The position numbers were made by a program, and so were the translations under genes. A DNA stretch of 64,000 bases from Terriglobia bacterium. GTDB lineage: Bacteria; Acidobacteriota; UBA6911. Under the pieces are notes generated by a model, which ran no database searches, was not told where the DNA came from, and saw only the letters and a program-made list of their open reading frames with translations. The stretch is taken from the NCBI GenBank assembly GCA_963739235.1, contig CAVTZY010000033.1:157153-221152 (forward strand), given 5' to 3'. This document shows, in pieces, positions 40,766 through 49,946 of this stretch (positions within the stretch are counted from its first letter, which is position 1; each line of letters starts with the position of its first letter).

Positions 40766-41514
40766 TTCGCCACCTCAAAAGCGCCAAAAAAGTTCATGCG
40801 TTCAGAGATCTCCCTATCGCCGAAGCCCCGGGCTTTGGCAAGCGCGAAGAATTCCTCGTAGTTCGGATCCGCGGCCGGGCCGCGGCATCCCCAGCATCCC
40901 AATCCCCCTGCGGGGCAGGGCGCGTCGCAGCCTCCCTTCGTGATCGAGCCCAGGCAGAGTTGCCCGTGCTCGAACCGGCACACCGTATAGCGTTGCTTGC
41001 ATTCCAGACACACGGGGTAAGCGGGAAACTTGTAGGGGACATCCCAGATCACATGCTGGACGATCCGTTCCACCTCGGCCTTCGAAACCGGGCATCCGGG
41101 AATCTCCATGTCGACAGGTACGACCTCTTTGATCGGGCGGACAGGAAGCGTTTCCTTCGGAAAATCGCCGTACACCTCCCGATTCGCCTCTTCAAGATTG
41201 TAGGCGTTCTTCTGTTTGTTCACGCCGCCGAAGCAGGCGCAACTGCCCATAGCGACCAGGACTTTGGCGCGGGCGCGAATGGAGCGGATGCGCTCCACTT
41301 CGTCGCTGCGCGAGATCGCCCCTTCGATCAACGCGATGTCATAGTCGCCTTCATCCGCTGACGAAACCTCGCGAAATTTCACGATCTTGATGGCACTCAG
41401 GAACTCGGCCAGCGTGTCTTCCTTGTTGGCCAGCTGCAGCTCGCAGCCTTCGCAACTGGTAAAATCGAAGACGCCGATCCGCGGCCGATTGGGTTCTATG
41501 CCTAGATATTTCAT
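40762..41514 (-). CDS. hyhS: [NiFe]-hydrogenase small (delta) subunit, group 3b-type
   Basis: The product starts MKYLGIEPNRPRIGVFDFTSCEGCELQ. It also contains AMGSCACFGG, IPGCP and distal cluster cysteines. The ORF-track start at 41811 is upstream read-through, so ATG 41514 is used. Confidence 0.85.
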   Translation of the reverse strand: MKYLGIEPNRPRIGVFDFTSCEGCELQLANKEDTLAEFLSAIKIVKFREVSSADEGDYDIALIEGAISRSDEVERIRSIRARAKVLVAMGSCACFGGVNKQKNAYNLEEANREVYGDFPKETLPVRPIKEVVPVDMEIPGCPVSKAEVERIVQHVIWDVPYKFPAYPVCLECKQRYTVCRFEHGQLCLGSITKGGCDAPCPAGGLGCWGCRGPAADPNYEEFFALAKARGFGDREISERMNFFGAFEVAK

Positions 41515-41525
41515 TGCTCCACCTC

Positions 41526-42434
41526 TCAGATCGCTTCCTTGAGGTTCATCACCGTCCAGAAGTCGAAAACGGGACCGTCCATGCAGACATACGTCGATCC
41601 CACGTTGCACCGGCAGCATTTGCCCATTCCGCAGTGCATGCGTCGTTCCAGGGATACAAACATCCGGTCTCGCGGCATGCCCATCTTGCCCAACATCTTG
41701 CACACGAACTTGAACATCACCGGTGGTCCGCAGACGATGGCGAAGCTGTCGTCCATCGGCACGTCGATGTTTTCGAGCAGCTTGGTGACCAGGCCGACGG
41801 GGCCTTTCCATTCCGCATCAGGCTTCTCGACAATGATCGACAGATTGACGCCGTCCACGCGCCGCCACTGTTCGTACTGGTAGTCGAACAGTAACTGGCT
41901 CGGATCCGTCGTCCCGTACAGGATGTGTACCTTCCGGAAGTCGGACCGATTTTCGGTGACGTAGAAAATCGGCGCGCGCAGGGGCGCCAGGCCCAGACCC
42001 CCCGCTATAAGCAGGATGCTGTGCCCCTTCATCTTCTCCATCGGAAAATAGGTGCCGAATGGCCCGCGAATCCCGACCTTGGCGCCGGGTTTGGCCTTGT
42101 GCAAGACATTTGTCACCACCCCGGCCTGCCGGATGCACAATTCGATGAAACCTTTTTGCGAATTCGAACCGGAGATCGAGATCGGCACCTCGCCGAATCC
42201 CGGCAACTCCAGCATCACGAACTGGCCCGGCTGGAACGAGAACCGCTCGCGCTCAACGTTGTCAAGAATCCGGATGTGGTACAGCTTTTCTTTGTCGGTC
42301 AGGCGGATCACGCTGGAGATCTCGGATTTGAAGGTCTGATCTACATGCTTCAGCTGGGCCTTGATATTAAAATTCAGCGGCTCGTTGATCTCGTTTTCGC
42401 GCGTTATATCATAAGGATGCAATAAGGTTTTCAT
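41526..42434 (-). CDS. hyhG: Hydrogenase gamma subunit: FAD/NAD(P)-binding oxidoreductase with C-terminal 2Fe-2S site
   Basis: A ferredoxin-reductase-type fold is indicated by FQPGQFVMLELPGFGEVPISIS and LLIAGGLGLAPLRA. The C-terminus reads MHCGMGKCCRCNVG. Confidence 0.85.
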   Translation of the reverse strand: MKTLLHPYDITRENEINEPLNFNIKAQLKHVDQTFKSEISSVIRLTDKEKLYHIRILDNVERERFSFQPGQFVMLELPGFGEVPISISGSNSQKGFIELCIRQAGVVTNVLHKAKPGAKVGIRGPFGTYFPMEKMKGHSILLIAGGLGLAPLRAPIFYVTENRSDFRKVHILYGTTDPSQLLFDYQYEQWRRVDGVNLSIIVEKPDAEWKGPVGLVTKLLENIDVPMDDSFAIVCGPPVMFKFVCKMLGKMGMPRDRMFVSLERRMHCGMGKCCRCNVGSTYVCMDGPVFDFWTVMNLKEAI

Positions 42435-43477
42435 ATTCGCTCCTCCTCCGCCAGCAGGTCCCGGATAATATCAGGTGGATTGATCCCCGCCAGGCAGACT
42501 CGGCCGCAGCGCCCGCACCCGACACACTTGGGTTCGTCGAATTCCTCCACGAAACCACGATGCTGGTGATAATAGCGATATTTCAGGCGGGTCTCGCGCT
42601 TGGGCCTGAAGTTATGGCCGCCCGCTACTTCGGCGAAATCGACCAGGTTGCAGGAATAGAGCTGCTTGATCTTGGCCCCCTCCTGGAAGTCCATCGAGAG
42701 GCGCTCGCTGACACCATAGCAGTAGCAGGTCGGGCACACCATGGCGCAGCTGCCGCAGCTGAGGCACTTCCCGCCCCATTTCTTCCAGACATCGGACTCA
42801 AACTCGATATCCAATAGTTTTGGCAGCTGCTGGATGTCAAGGTTCGGCCCGAAGCCGGCGGCGAGCCTCTTGCGCACCGCGAGGTAGTCCGCGGTATCCT
42901 GCTCTTGCACATCCCTCACCTTCACCTTGTGCAGAGTAGCGAAGCCGCACTCCGAATCGATGGCAACGAAGTAGCGGTCGCCCAGGTCCGTGAGGAACAG
43001 GTCGAATCCACGGTTGACCGTGTCGGTTCCGAGCGATCGGCAGAACGCGCCTTCGCAGGGCTCATGGTCAATCCCGATGATAAACGTGTTTTTGCGCCTG
43101 GAGATGTAATAGGGACTCGGGAAGAATTCTTTCGCCATCACTTTGTCCAGCTTTAGCAACGCATTGATATCGCAAGCGTGGAGTCCGATGATGGCCCGGG
43201 GCTGGAGCCGGTAGGAGATCTTCTGCGTCCAGTCATCCTCGCTGAAGCGATATGTGGACAGATTCTCTTTATAGGGAAGGAAATAGGTCTTGGCGGAAAA
43301 CTCGGTCGTTTCGTAATTCAAGTCGAGTTCCGCAAAGCTTTTTACCGGCAAGTATTGATGGATCGGCCTGCCGTCCTTGTTGGCGCCGATCTTTTTAGGA
43401 CCGATGACTTCATTCGATCCCAGGATGATCTCCACCAACAGTTGAAACTCATTTTTATCAAGAATTTTAAATAACAT
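42431..43477 (-). CDS. hyhB: Hydrogenase beta subunit: 4Fe-4S cluster protein (sulfite-reductase-beta-like)
   Basis: Matching blocks are CLSCGSCAMVCPTCYC and CVGCGRCGRVC. It is the first gene of the B-G-S-L order known from sulfhydrogenase-type operons. Confidence 0.85.
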   Translation of the reverse strand: MLFKILDKNEFQLLVEIILGSNEVIGPKKIGANKDGRPIHQYLPVKSFAELDLNYETTEFSAKTYFLPYKENLSTYRFSEDDWTQKISYRLQPRAIIGLHACDINALLKLDKVMAKEFFPSPYYISRRKNTFIIGIDHEPCEGAFCRSLGTDTVNRGFDLFLTDLGDRYFVAIDSECGFATLHKVKVRDVQEQDTADYLAVRKRLAAGFGPNLDIQQLPKLLDIEFESDVWKKWGGKCLSCGSCAMVCPTCYCYGVSERLSMDFQEGAKIKQLYSCNLVDFAEVAGGHNFRPKRETRLKYRYYHQHRGFVEEFDEPKCVGCGRCGRVCLAGINPPDIIRDLLAEEERI

Positions 43478-43693
43478 GGATTCTCCTCGACGAGCGTAAA
43501 TATCAGAGATCTACACGCGCCGCAAGGATATTGGCCGAAGGCAGAAATGCGGAATTGCCCAGCGAAGACCGCGCCCGGCACTGCCTGCAAAATCAATTGA
43601 AACCGGGCAAAAAAACCACTAACGTAGAGCGCTCGAAAGTGACCTCTGAGTTGTTGCTATAAGATCAATTACTCTACCACATGGGAACCAAAT

Positions 43694-44951
43694 ATGAAAC
43701 CGCGGCGCTTCCCCTCTCTGACGGTGCAAATTCTGATCGGCCTGCTCATCGGCATCCTGATTGGCTGGCTCGAGCCGGGCTGGGGCAAAACGATCAAACC
43801 GATGGCCGACATTTTCCTGCGCATGATCAAGATGATCATCGCCCCACTGATTTTCTCGACATTGGTTATCGGCATCGCCGGCACGGGTGATTTCAAAAAA
43901 GTGGGCCGCATCGGCCTCAAGGCGCTCATCTATTTCGAGATCGCCACCACGGTCGCCCTGCTGATCGGGCTCGTGACGGTCAATGTGTTCAAACCAGGAC
44001 AATACATCCCGCAAACCGTTACCCAGAGTTCGGCCCCCGCGCAGTCGGCCAGTTCCCTCGTGCAGGCGCACAAGACGGGGAGCCAGTTCCTGACCGATAT
44101 TTTCCCCACCAGCGTGGTGGATGCCATGGCTCGCGGAGACATCCTGCAACTGGTGATCTTTTCCATCTTTTTCGGCTTGGCGTTGGCGGCCATTGGCGAG
44201 AAAGGCCAGCCGCTCGTTTCAGTGCTGAATACCGTCGCCGAGACGATGTTCCGATTCACCGATTTTGTGATGAAATTTGCACCGCTCGGGGTAATGGCGG
44301 CAATCGCCTTCACGGTGGGGGATAAGGGATTGGGCGTGCTGAAGGGGTACGCAAGCCTTGTGGTCTGTTTCTATGGGGCGCTTGTTTTCTTCGTCGGTGT
44401 CGTCCTGTTCTTGGTCTGCGCCATTATTCGGGTGCCGTTCCTGCGCCTCTTCAGGGCCATTCGGGAGCCCTTTACCATCGCGTTCACCACTGCCTCGAGC
44501 GAGGCCGCTCTCCCCACCGCGATGGAGATGATGGAGCGTCTTCGGCTGCCCGCGCGACATCGTCGGGTTTGTCCTGCCTACGGGATACAGCTTCAACCTG
44601 GATGGTGCGACTCTCTACCTGTCATTGGCTTCGATCTTTATCGCTCAGGTCTTCGGCATCCCCCTCGACATAAAGACCCAGTTGGCCATGATGCTTACCC
44701 TGATGCTGACATCCAAGGGTGTGGCCGGCGTCCCGCGCGCATCCCTCGTAATCCTGGCCGGCACTGTGGCCAGTTTCAACCTCCCCATGGAAGGTGTGGC
44801 TCTCCTTCTGGGCATCGACCAGATTCTCGACATGGGCCGCACCGCCACTAACGTGACCGGGAACTGCGTGGCCACAGCCGTGGTCGCTCGCTGGGAAGGA
44901 GTGCTCGACGACACCAAGATGATGGCCTTCGAGGGCGGGAGAAAGAAATAA
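43694..44951 (+). CDS. gltP: Dicarboxylate/amino acid:cation symporter (GltP/DctA family), frame broken once
   Basis: The first part contains LQILIGLLIGILIG and FTTASSEAALPTAMEMMERL. The next frame continues GCPRDIVGFVLPTGYSFNLDGATLYLSLASIFIAQVFGI...TSKGVAGVPRASLVILA...ILDMGRTATNVTGN. The extra base is near 44543. The length is 1258 = 3n+1. Confidence 0.88.
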
Positions 44952-45231
44952 ACAAGTAATGAGCCACCCTCATGCGCCTGCGCATGGTGTCCGCCTCCTC
45001 TAGTTCAAGGACGGATTCTCGTACATCCAAAATAGGAAATTCGCATCGCGCTGGGGAAGTGTCGGGGAAAGCGTGCCGCCGCTTCTGATGCATCCGATCG
45101 CGGGCGGATCCGATGCAACCTCGTGCCGAACGCCTGCCCATCAAAGGGCAAAAAACCTCGGAAATCGTTGTTTCCGTGTATGCCACTACATGTCCGGAAT
45201 GTTGATTTTTGCCCATTTTCACATTTTCACA

Positions 45232-45260
45232 TTGACATCTGTCACGTGACAGATTACAAT
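45232..45260 (+). promoter_or_regulatory. Consensus sigma70 promoter with palindromic operator for higBA
   Basis: TTGACA (45232-45237) and TACAAT (45255-45260) are separated by a 17-nt spacer. The spacer contains the perfect 14-bp palindrome ctgtcacgtgacag (45239-45252). The GTG of higB lies 6 nt after the -10 hexamer. Confidence 0.7.
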
Positions 45261-45266
45261 CCCTTT

Positions 45267-45548
45267 GTGATCAGGACATTTGCCGACGGACACACTCATG
45301 ACTTGTACGAGACCGGAAAATCGAGGAGATTTCCGCCGGACATCATGAGGCGGGCACTGCGGAAGCTCGAGTACATCGACCTGGCAACTGGACTTCAAGA
45401 TTTGAAGGTGCCTCCGAGCAACCGGCTTCACGAATTATCAGGAGATCGAAGAGGGCAGTTTTCGATTTCGGTGAACGATCAGTGGCGCATCTGTTTCCGT
45501 TTCGAAGACGGCGATGCTTTTGATGTCGAACTCACGGATTATCATTAG
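45267..45548 (+). CDS. higB: Type II toxin HigB (RelE/ParE superfamily 'killer protein')
   Basis: The product reads VIRTFADGHTHDLYETGKSRRFPPDIMRRALRKLEYIDLA...NRLHELSGDRRGQFSISVNDQWRICFRFEDGDAFDVELTDYH. It is 93 aa from a GTG start. Confidence 0.85.
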   Translation: MIRTFADGHTHDLYETGKSRRFPPDIMRRALRKLEYIDLATGLQDLKVPPSNRLHELSGDRRGQFSISVNDQWRICFRFEDGDAFDVELTDYH

Positions 45549-45557
45549 GGCAAATTT

Positions 45558-45872
45558 ATGACAATCGAAAACAGGCGAGAGAGAAAGATCCGGCCAACCC
45601 ATCCCGGTGAAATGCTCCGGGAGGATTTCTTGCCGGATTACGGCCTGACCGTATCGAGCCTCGCGAAGGCGCTAGGGGTTTCACGGCAGACTATTAATGA
45701 ATTACTTCGGGAGCGTCGCGCAGTGAGCCCGGAGATGGCACTTCGGCTCTCGCGTCTGTTTGGCAACACGCCGGAGTTCTGGCTCAACGCTCAGCGAGCG
45801 GTGGATCTTTGGGACGCCGATAAAGCCATCAAGAAAAGTGTAGGACAGATTAAACCTCTCAATGCTGCATAG
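45558..45872 (+). CDS. higA: HigA-family antitoxin (XRE-type HTH)
   Basis: The product contains PTHPGEMLREDFLPDYGLTVSSLAKALGVSRQTINELLRERRAVSPEMALRLSRLFGNTPEFWLNAQ. It starts 9 nt after the higB stop. Confidence 0.88.
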   Translation: MTIENRRERKIRPTHPGEMLREDFLPDYGLTVSSLAKALGVSRQTINELLRERRAVSPEMALRLSRLFGNTPEFWLNAQRAVDLWDADKAIKKSVGQIKPLNAA

Positions 45873-46078
45873 CGGACCGAAACACCCGTCTCGTCACATT
45901 AAGTGCGTAAGGCTCTCGAAATCGGCAATGCCCTCTCCACGAGCTTGTCCTCGGCAAATGTCCGGTTTCGCCCGCTATTCCCAAATGATAGAGCATCCTG
46001 CTGTATTTGCATGGCTTGGCGGATGTGCTTGCGACCAGCGCAAAACCGCAATCAGGAGTAGCTGATCTTACAACGGTG

Positions 46079-47680
46079 CTATTTGCCTGGGCGATAGCAG
46101 ACGATGGTAACTGGACCAAATACCTGTCCTCGTTTGATCATTACAGAACCGGTTTTGCCCATGAAACTAGTTTCACCTTGCGCGCGGAAGAAAAAATCGA
46201 GCATAAAGAGACCTTCTGGCAAATCTGTAAGAGCAAATATTCCATCGATATTTTCCACAAAACGACTTTCGAAACTATCCTGATTCTCACTGGATATCGT
46301 GTTGATGGGTATCGTGTTAATAAAAAATTTCCAGGCGGGAATTCCTTGGGAATCAAGGACACGCCCATAGATGCCACCACGAACATTCAAAGGATCCAAT
46401 GTAATAGTCAAATCCTGTTCCCGCTCACCGACCTGGACGCGCTTCTCAACATAACCGTCCGCGGAGGCTTTTATCAAGATCCTACGGTCGTCCCCAATGC
46501 GCAATGCAAAGCCCCCCTGGTCGTCAGTTCTCCCGTATTCAGAACGAGTGAAGGCATCGGAAATTCTTGCATTTGATATGGGTTGCCCATCGGCTGTGAT
46601 AATTCGTCCCATTAAAACGCGTTGTCTGTTTAGGATTACCTCGTTTTGCGCCAATTTGGGGTCGATATCAACTGAGCGGGTTGCATATCCGTCTGCCGCG
46701 ATGGTGCATATCGGAGTCACCGCGGGAGTTCTGGAATAGACTTTGACCGAGATGATTCCACGTTCATTCGATGGGAAGGCTTGCCCGATCTGCTCCGAAG
46801 AAATTACAGCCCCTTCGATCGGTCGTCCTTGGGCGTCTATCACCCGCAGAGTGGTCTCTGCCGCATAAGCTTTTTCGAGCCTGAAATCAACCGTAACAGT
46901 TCGATCCCTATTGACATCAAATGCCGCTACAGATTGCTCCTTATAGCCCTCAGCCTTCGCTCTCAGTTGGATATACCCCTCCGGCAACGAACTGATTTTG
47001 TACCACCCCAGTTTGTCAGTCGAAGAACTAAATCTACCTTCGTGGGATGTTTCGCGATCCAACCAGAGCGCATACGTGATTACTACCGCTCCCGGGATAG
47101 GCTGCCCTTGAGAATCCAAGACATGTCCTTGGATTGAAGCAGGAGTCTGATTCAAGACAAAGTTACGCTCGATTAGCCCGTCCCCCTGTAAGTCGGCGAG
47201 GCTATACAGAAGGTTGTAGCCTATCTTGGTAACGACGATCACGCAGCTTTTTACCGCATCATCCAGTGCAATGCGGCTGGACCCCGAGGTGTCAGTCAGG
47301 GACTGGGTTATGAGATCCGTAAAGCTATCCCCATAACGATCACATGTCCTATAAACCCGGATGGTTGCGTCCGGTATTGGCATGCGGTCAGCGGAAAAAA
47401 CTCGTACGACGACTCCATTTTCAGCGGCTGCCGCAAATGATCGGACTCGAAATTCGGAAACAGGGTAATATTTCGGCTCCATGTCAGCCGAAATCGGGAA
47501 CGGGTAATGGGCCCTAATTGGTGCCGCATGTTCTATTGTGGTCCGTGGAGACAAAGAGCTAGGCTCGACGCCGCGAGAGGTGGACCGTTTGTAATTGGTG
47601 CTCAGCTGGATGAAAACAATCGAAAGGAGGGCAAAAAAAATGATGAGCAGGTAGAGCATCCGTCGTCTCTGCTTACTCAT
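46079..47680 (-). CDS. Membrane-anchored protein with ~5 carboxypeptidase-regulatory-like (CarboxypepD_reg) beta-sandwich repeats
   Basis: An N-terminal TM helix (LYLLIIFFALLSIVFI) is present. Repeated units include IQGHVLDSQGQPIPGAVV...GWYKISSLPEGYIQLRAKAEGY, LRVIDAQGRPIEGAVI, GRIITADGQPISNARI and IYGRVLDSQGIP. The 3' third is AT-rich. Confidence 0.8.
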   Translation of the reverse strand: MSKQRRRMLYLLIIFFALLSIVFIQLSTNYKRSTSRGVEPSSLSPRTTIEHAAPIRAHYPFPISADMEPKYYPVSEFRVRSFAAAAENGVVVRVFSADRMPIPDATIRVYRTCDRYGDSFTDLITQSLTDTSGSSRIALDDAVKSCVIVVTKIGYNLLYSLADLQGDGLIERNFVLNQTPASIQGHVLDSQGQPIPGAVVITYALWLDRETSHEGRFSSSTDKLGWYKISSLPEGYIQLRAKAEGYKEQSVAAFDVNRDRTVTVDFRLEKAYAAETTLRVIDAQGRPIEGAVISSEQIGQAFPSNERGIISVKVYSRTPAVTPICTIAADGYATRSVDIDPKLAQNEVILNRQRVLMGRIITADGQPISNARISDAFTRSEYGRTDDQGGFALRIGDDRRILIKASADGYVEKRVQVGEREQDLTITLDPLNVRGGIYGRVLDSQGIPAWKFFINTIPINTISSENQDSFESRFVENIDGIFALTDLPEGLFMLDFFFRAQGETSFMGKTGSVMIKRGQVFGPVTIVCYRPGK

Positions 47681-47896
47681 GTCGGTTGCTCCAGAACGTA
47701 TCTAACGCTAATCATCGCACGCTTCAGAGCCGATTTCAGTAAAAACTTTTCAGAGGATTCGAGAAGCAACTTAGCTCTACTTGGCCGGTTAAACGGAAAA
47801 ACCGGACAAAATTGCCGCCCCATGGGTCTCCAGCCGATGAGGCGCCTCAAAATGCGAATTGGCTGTTCAGCGGAGAGTCCTGCGCGGGGAAAGCCG

Positions 47897-48220
47897 TCAA
47901 GCGCGGGAGAGAACATGGTCATGACGGGGGACGCTATCCCAAGGTCTGATTTTGATAAGCTTAGGGCCCAGGAGGCGTTCTGCCACTTCCGTATCGTGCG
48001 CTGCCTGCGCGCGCAGCCAGTAGCCGTTGGAAAGACCGAAAAATCGGCAAAACCGCAAGTCAGTGTCAGCAGTAATCGCGCGTTTGCCCGTCACGATTTC
48101 GCCGATGCGCTGCGCCGGGACGCCGATTTCCTTGGCCAACCGATATCGACTGATTCCCATCGGCTTGAGAAATTCTTCAAACAAGAGTTCGCCGGGTGTC
48201 ACGGGTTTAAGTTTTCGCAT
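47897..48220 (-). CDS. HigA-family antitoxin (XRE-type HTH), second copy
   Basis: The product contains VTPGELLFEEFLKPMGISRYRLAKEIGVPAQRIGEIVTGKRAITADTDLRFCRFFGLSNGYWLRAQAAHD. Confidence 0.85.
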   Translation of the reverse strand: MRKLKPVTPGELLFEEFLKPMGISRYRLAKEIGVPAQRIGEIVTGKRAITADTDLRFCRFFGLSNGYWLRAQAAHDTEVAERLLGPKLIKIRPWDSVPRHDHVLSRA

Positions 48221-48232
48221 CGCGATTCTCCT

Positions 48233-48352
48233 TCAATGGTAATCCACAATCTCAACGTCCTCAGCGCCTCGATTTGTCCAGCGAAAGCACACGCGGAATT
48301 GATCATTAATGCGTATGAAGTACTGGCCAGGCAGCTGTAACCTTTCGGCGGC
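48233..48352 (-). pseudogene. 5'-truncated higB-like toxin gene (C-terminal ~40 codons only)
   Basis: The minus strand reads ..ERLQLPGQYFIRINDQFRVCFRWTNRGAEDVEIVDYH*. It ends 12 nt before the second higA ATG. The N-terminal ~50 codons expected from the intact copy at 45267 are absent, and the sequence upstream is the gltP-like relic. Confidence 0.7.
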
Positions 48353-48358
48353 TCTAGC

Positions 48359-48448
48359 GGTATCGTCGACTTGGTCATGCGGATGGGTTATAGCTTTAAC
48401 CTGGATGCCGCGACTCTCTACCTGTCATTGGCCTCATTATTTATAGGC
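48359..48448 (+). pseudogene. 90-bp relic of a gltP-like gene
   Basis: It translates as GIVDLVMRMGYSFNLDAATLYLSLASLFIG, compared with gltP residues DIVGFVLPTGYSFNLDGATLYLSLASIFIA (44556-44645). The two share an identical 23-nt run gcgactctctacctgtcattggc. There is no homology beyond either end. Confidence 0.7.
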
Positions 48449-48507
48449 GCGTCACGAAGCGCACGAGTTTATTCGTGCTCTTCGCGGAGGATTTGGTCTT
48501 TCGCCTC

Positions 48508-49938
48508 TTAGTCGCGCTTGCGAGCAGGCAGGTGAACCGTCCTCGTCAACTGGACCCCTTTGCGTATGAGCCGCAGAACCAGGTTGCTCCCCCAGCCGCG
48601 AGCCTTGACGTGTTCGTAAAACGACTGTGGATCGTTGATGCCCACGCCGTCAATCCCCAGAATGATGTCACCGGCCGCCACGCCCGCAAGGTCGAAAGCC
48701 GTTTGCCGGTTGACACTCACGATCAAAAGGCCGCTCTGAACGGGCATTTGCAGAGATTCCGCCAGCTGTGGCGTCAGCAACACGATTTCGATCCCGAGCA
48801 TGGATTGCACTTGAGTGTCGCCGGTTGTGATCCGCGCGCCCGGCAAAGCCATTACGCCGGGAAAATCAAATACCAGTTTCTCGCTCGGGTCTTGCGGCTT
48901 TCGTGCTTCGATCACCGCGGTCAGCACCATCGGCCTGCCATGGCGCAGGATTTCCATAGTCGCCTTCGAACCCAATGGTGAGTCCTCAATCATCTGAATA
49001 AACTTCATCAAGTCGTGGATTGCGACTCCATTCCATCTCGTCACAACATCATTGGGAAGCAGTCCGGCCTTGTGCGCCGGGCTTCCTTGTTCGACACTGT
49101 CGATCGTCACGCCGGATCTTGAATCGACATCCGACTTGACATTGACCCCCAGCCACCCGGTCTGGATGTCGCCACCTGCTGCGACGATTTTGTTCGCGGA
49201 GCTGATCAGCTGGCTAATGCCCAGAATGCTCACCTCCACGACATCCACACTTGGATTGGGCGTAGCCGCCCGGGTGGGCTGATCTGCAATAAGCCCTAAG
49301 ACCTGGTTTTTAGCATCCAGTAAAGGGGCGCCGATCACGCTCAGGGGACGATCGATCTTGATCGCCCATTCGTCGCCGCCGGATGCATCACCCGCGCTTA
49401 CGGAAACGACCCGGGCACTCTCGAGTTGATAACCCGTGGAGACTTCGTGTGCCGGCAAAACCACGGTGACGCCGTTTTTGATGTCGCAGCGCTCGCACAG
49501 AGGGGTCTTCTTTAGCGCTATTCCCTGGCAGAGAACGACTGCAATCCTCATGTTTTGGTCGATGCCGATCAGTTTCCCGGGATGCTTCTGTCCCTGGGCA
49601 TCTACGATCTCGACCCTGCGATTGCGCGCGTTGATGTCCACCCAGCGGTACCCGACGAAGGTCAACACGTGTCCCTTGTCGTCGATCACGATTCCTGATG
49701 CCGGAAACCACCCGATGATGGTGGGCTGATAGTTCCGAAGCACCTTGCCGCCGAACTCCACAACAGATTCCGGCGAGCCCAGTGTCTCGGTCGTAATATT
49801 GACCTGGACCAAGGTCTGCATCGCCCGCTTGAGCGCATCGTTTTGAGCTTGCGCCGCAGGGCCGATCAGGCAAAGCAGCACTGCGATCGTGATGAGGCGG
49901 TTGATGCGGGCTGTACAATACGATCGCAATACGGGCAT
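48508..49938 (-). CDS. Secreted HtrA/DegP-like protein with two PDZ domains; catalytic triad apparently lost
   Basis: A signal peptide is followed by a trypsin-fold region, ASGIVIDDKGHVLTFVGYRWVD...MRIAVVL...IDRPLSVIGAPLLDAKNQVLGLI. Two PDZ-like regions follow (GWLGVNV..., GLLIVSVNRQTAFDLAGVAAGDIILGIDG). The canonical TNNHV, DIA(L/V) and GNSGGP positions read TFVGY, RIAVV and SVIGAP. Confidence 0.75.
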   Translation of the reverse strand: MPVLRSYCTARINRLITIAVLLCLIGPAAQAQNDALKRAMQTLVQVNITTETLGSPESVVEFGGKVLRNYQPTIIGWFPASGIVIDDKGHVLTFVGYRWVDINARNRRVEIVDAQGQKHPGKLIGIDQNMRIAVVLCQGIALKKTPLCERCDIKNGVTVVLPAHEVSTGYQLESARVVSVSAGDASGGDEWAIKIDRPLSVIGAPLLDAKNQVLGLIADQPTRAATPNPSVDVVEVSILGISQLISSANKIVAAGGDIQTGWLGVNVKSDVDSRSGVTIDSVEQGSPAHKAGLLPNDVVTRWNGVAIHDLMKFIQMIEDSPLGSKATMEILRHGRPMVLTAVIEARKPQDPSEKLVFDFPGVMALPGARITTGDTQVQSMLGIEIVLLTPQLAESLQMPVQSGLLIVSVNRQTAFDLAGVAAGDIILGIDGVGINDPQSFYEHVKARGWGSNLVLRLIRKGVQLTRTVHLPARKRD

Positions 49939-49946
49939 AGTCGATT

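Noticed and set aside
45211-45237. The tandem CATTTTCA CATTTTCA CATTGACA considered as a possible CRISPR or tandem-repeat array.
   Set aside because: There are only two to three 8-bp units with no spacers. It is simply the A/T-rich region upstream of, and overlapping, the -35 of the higBA promoter.
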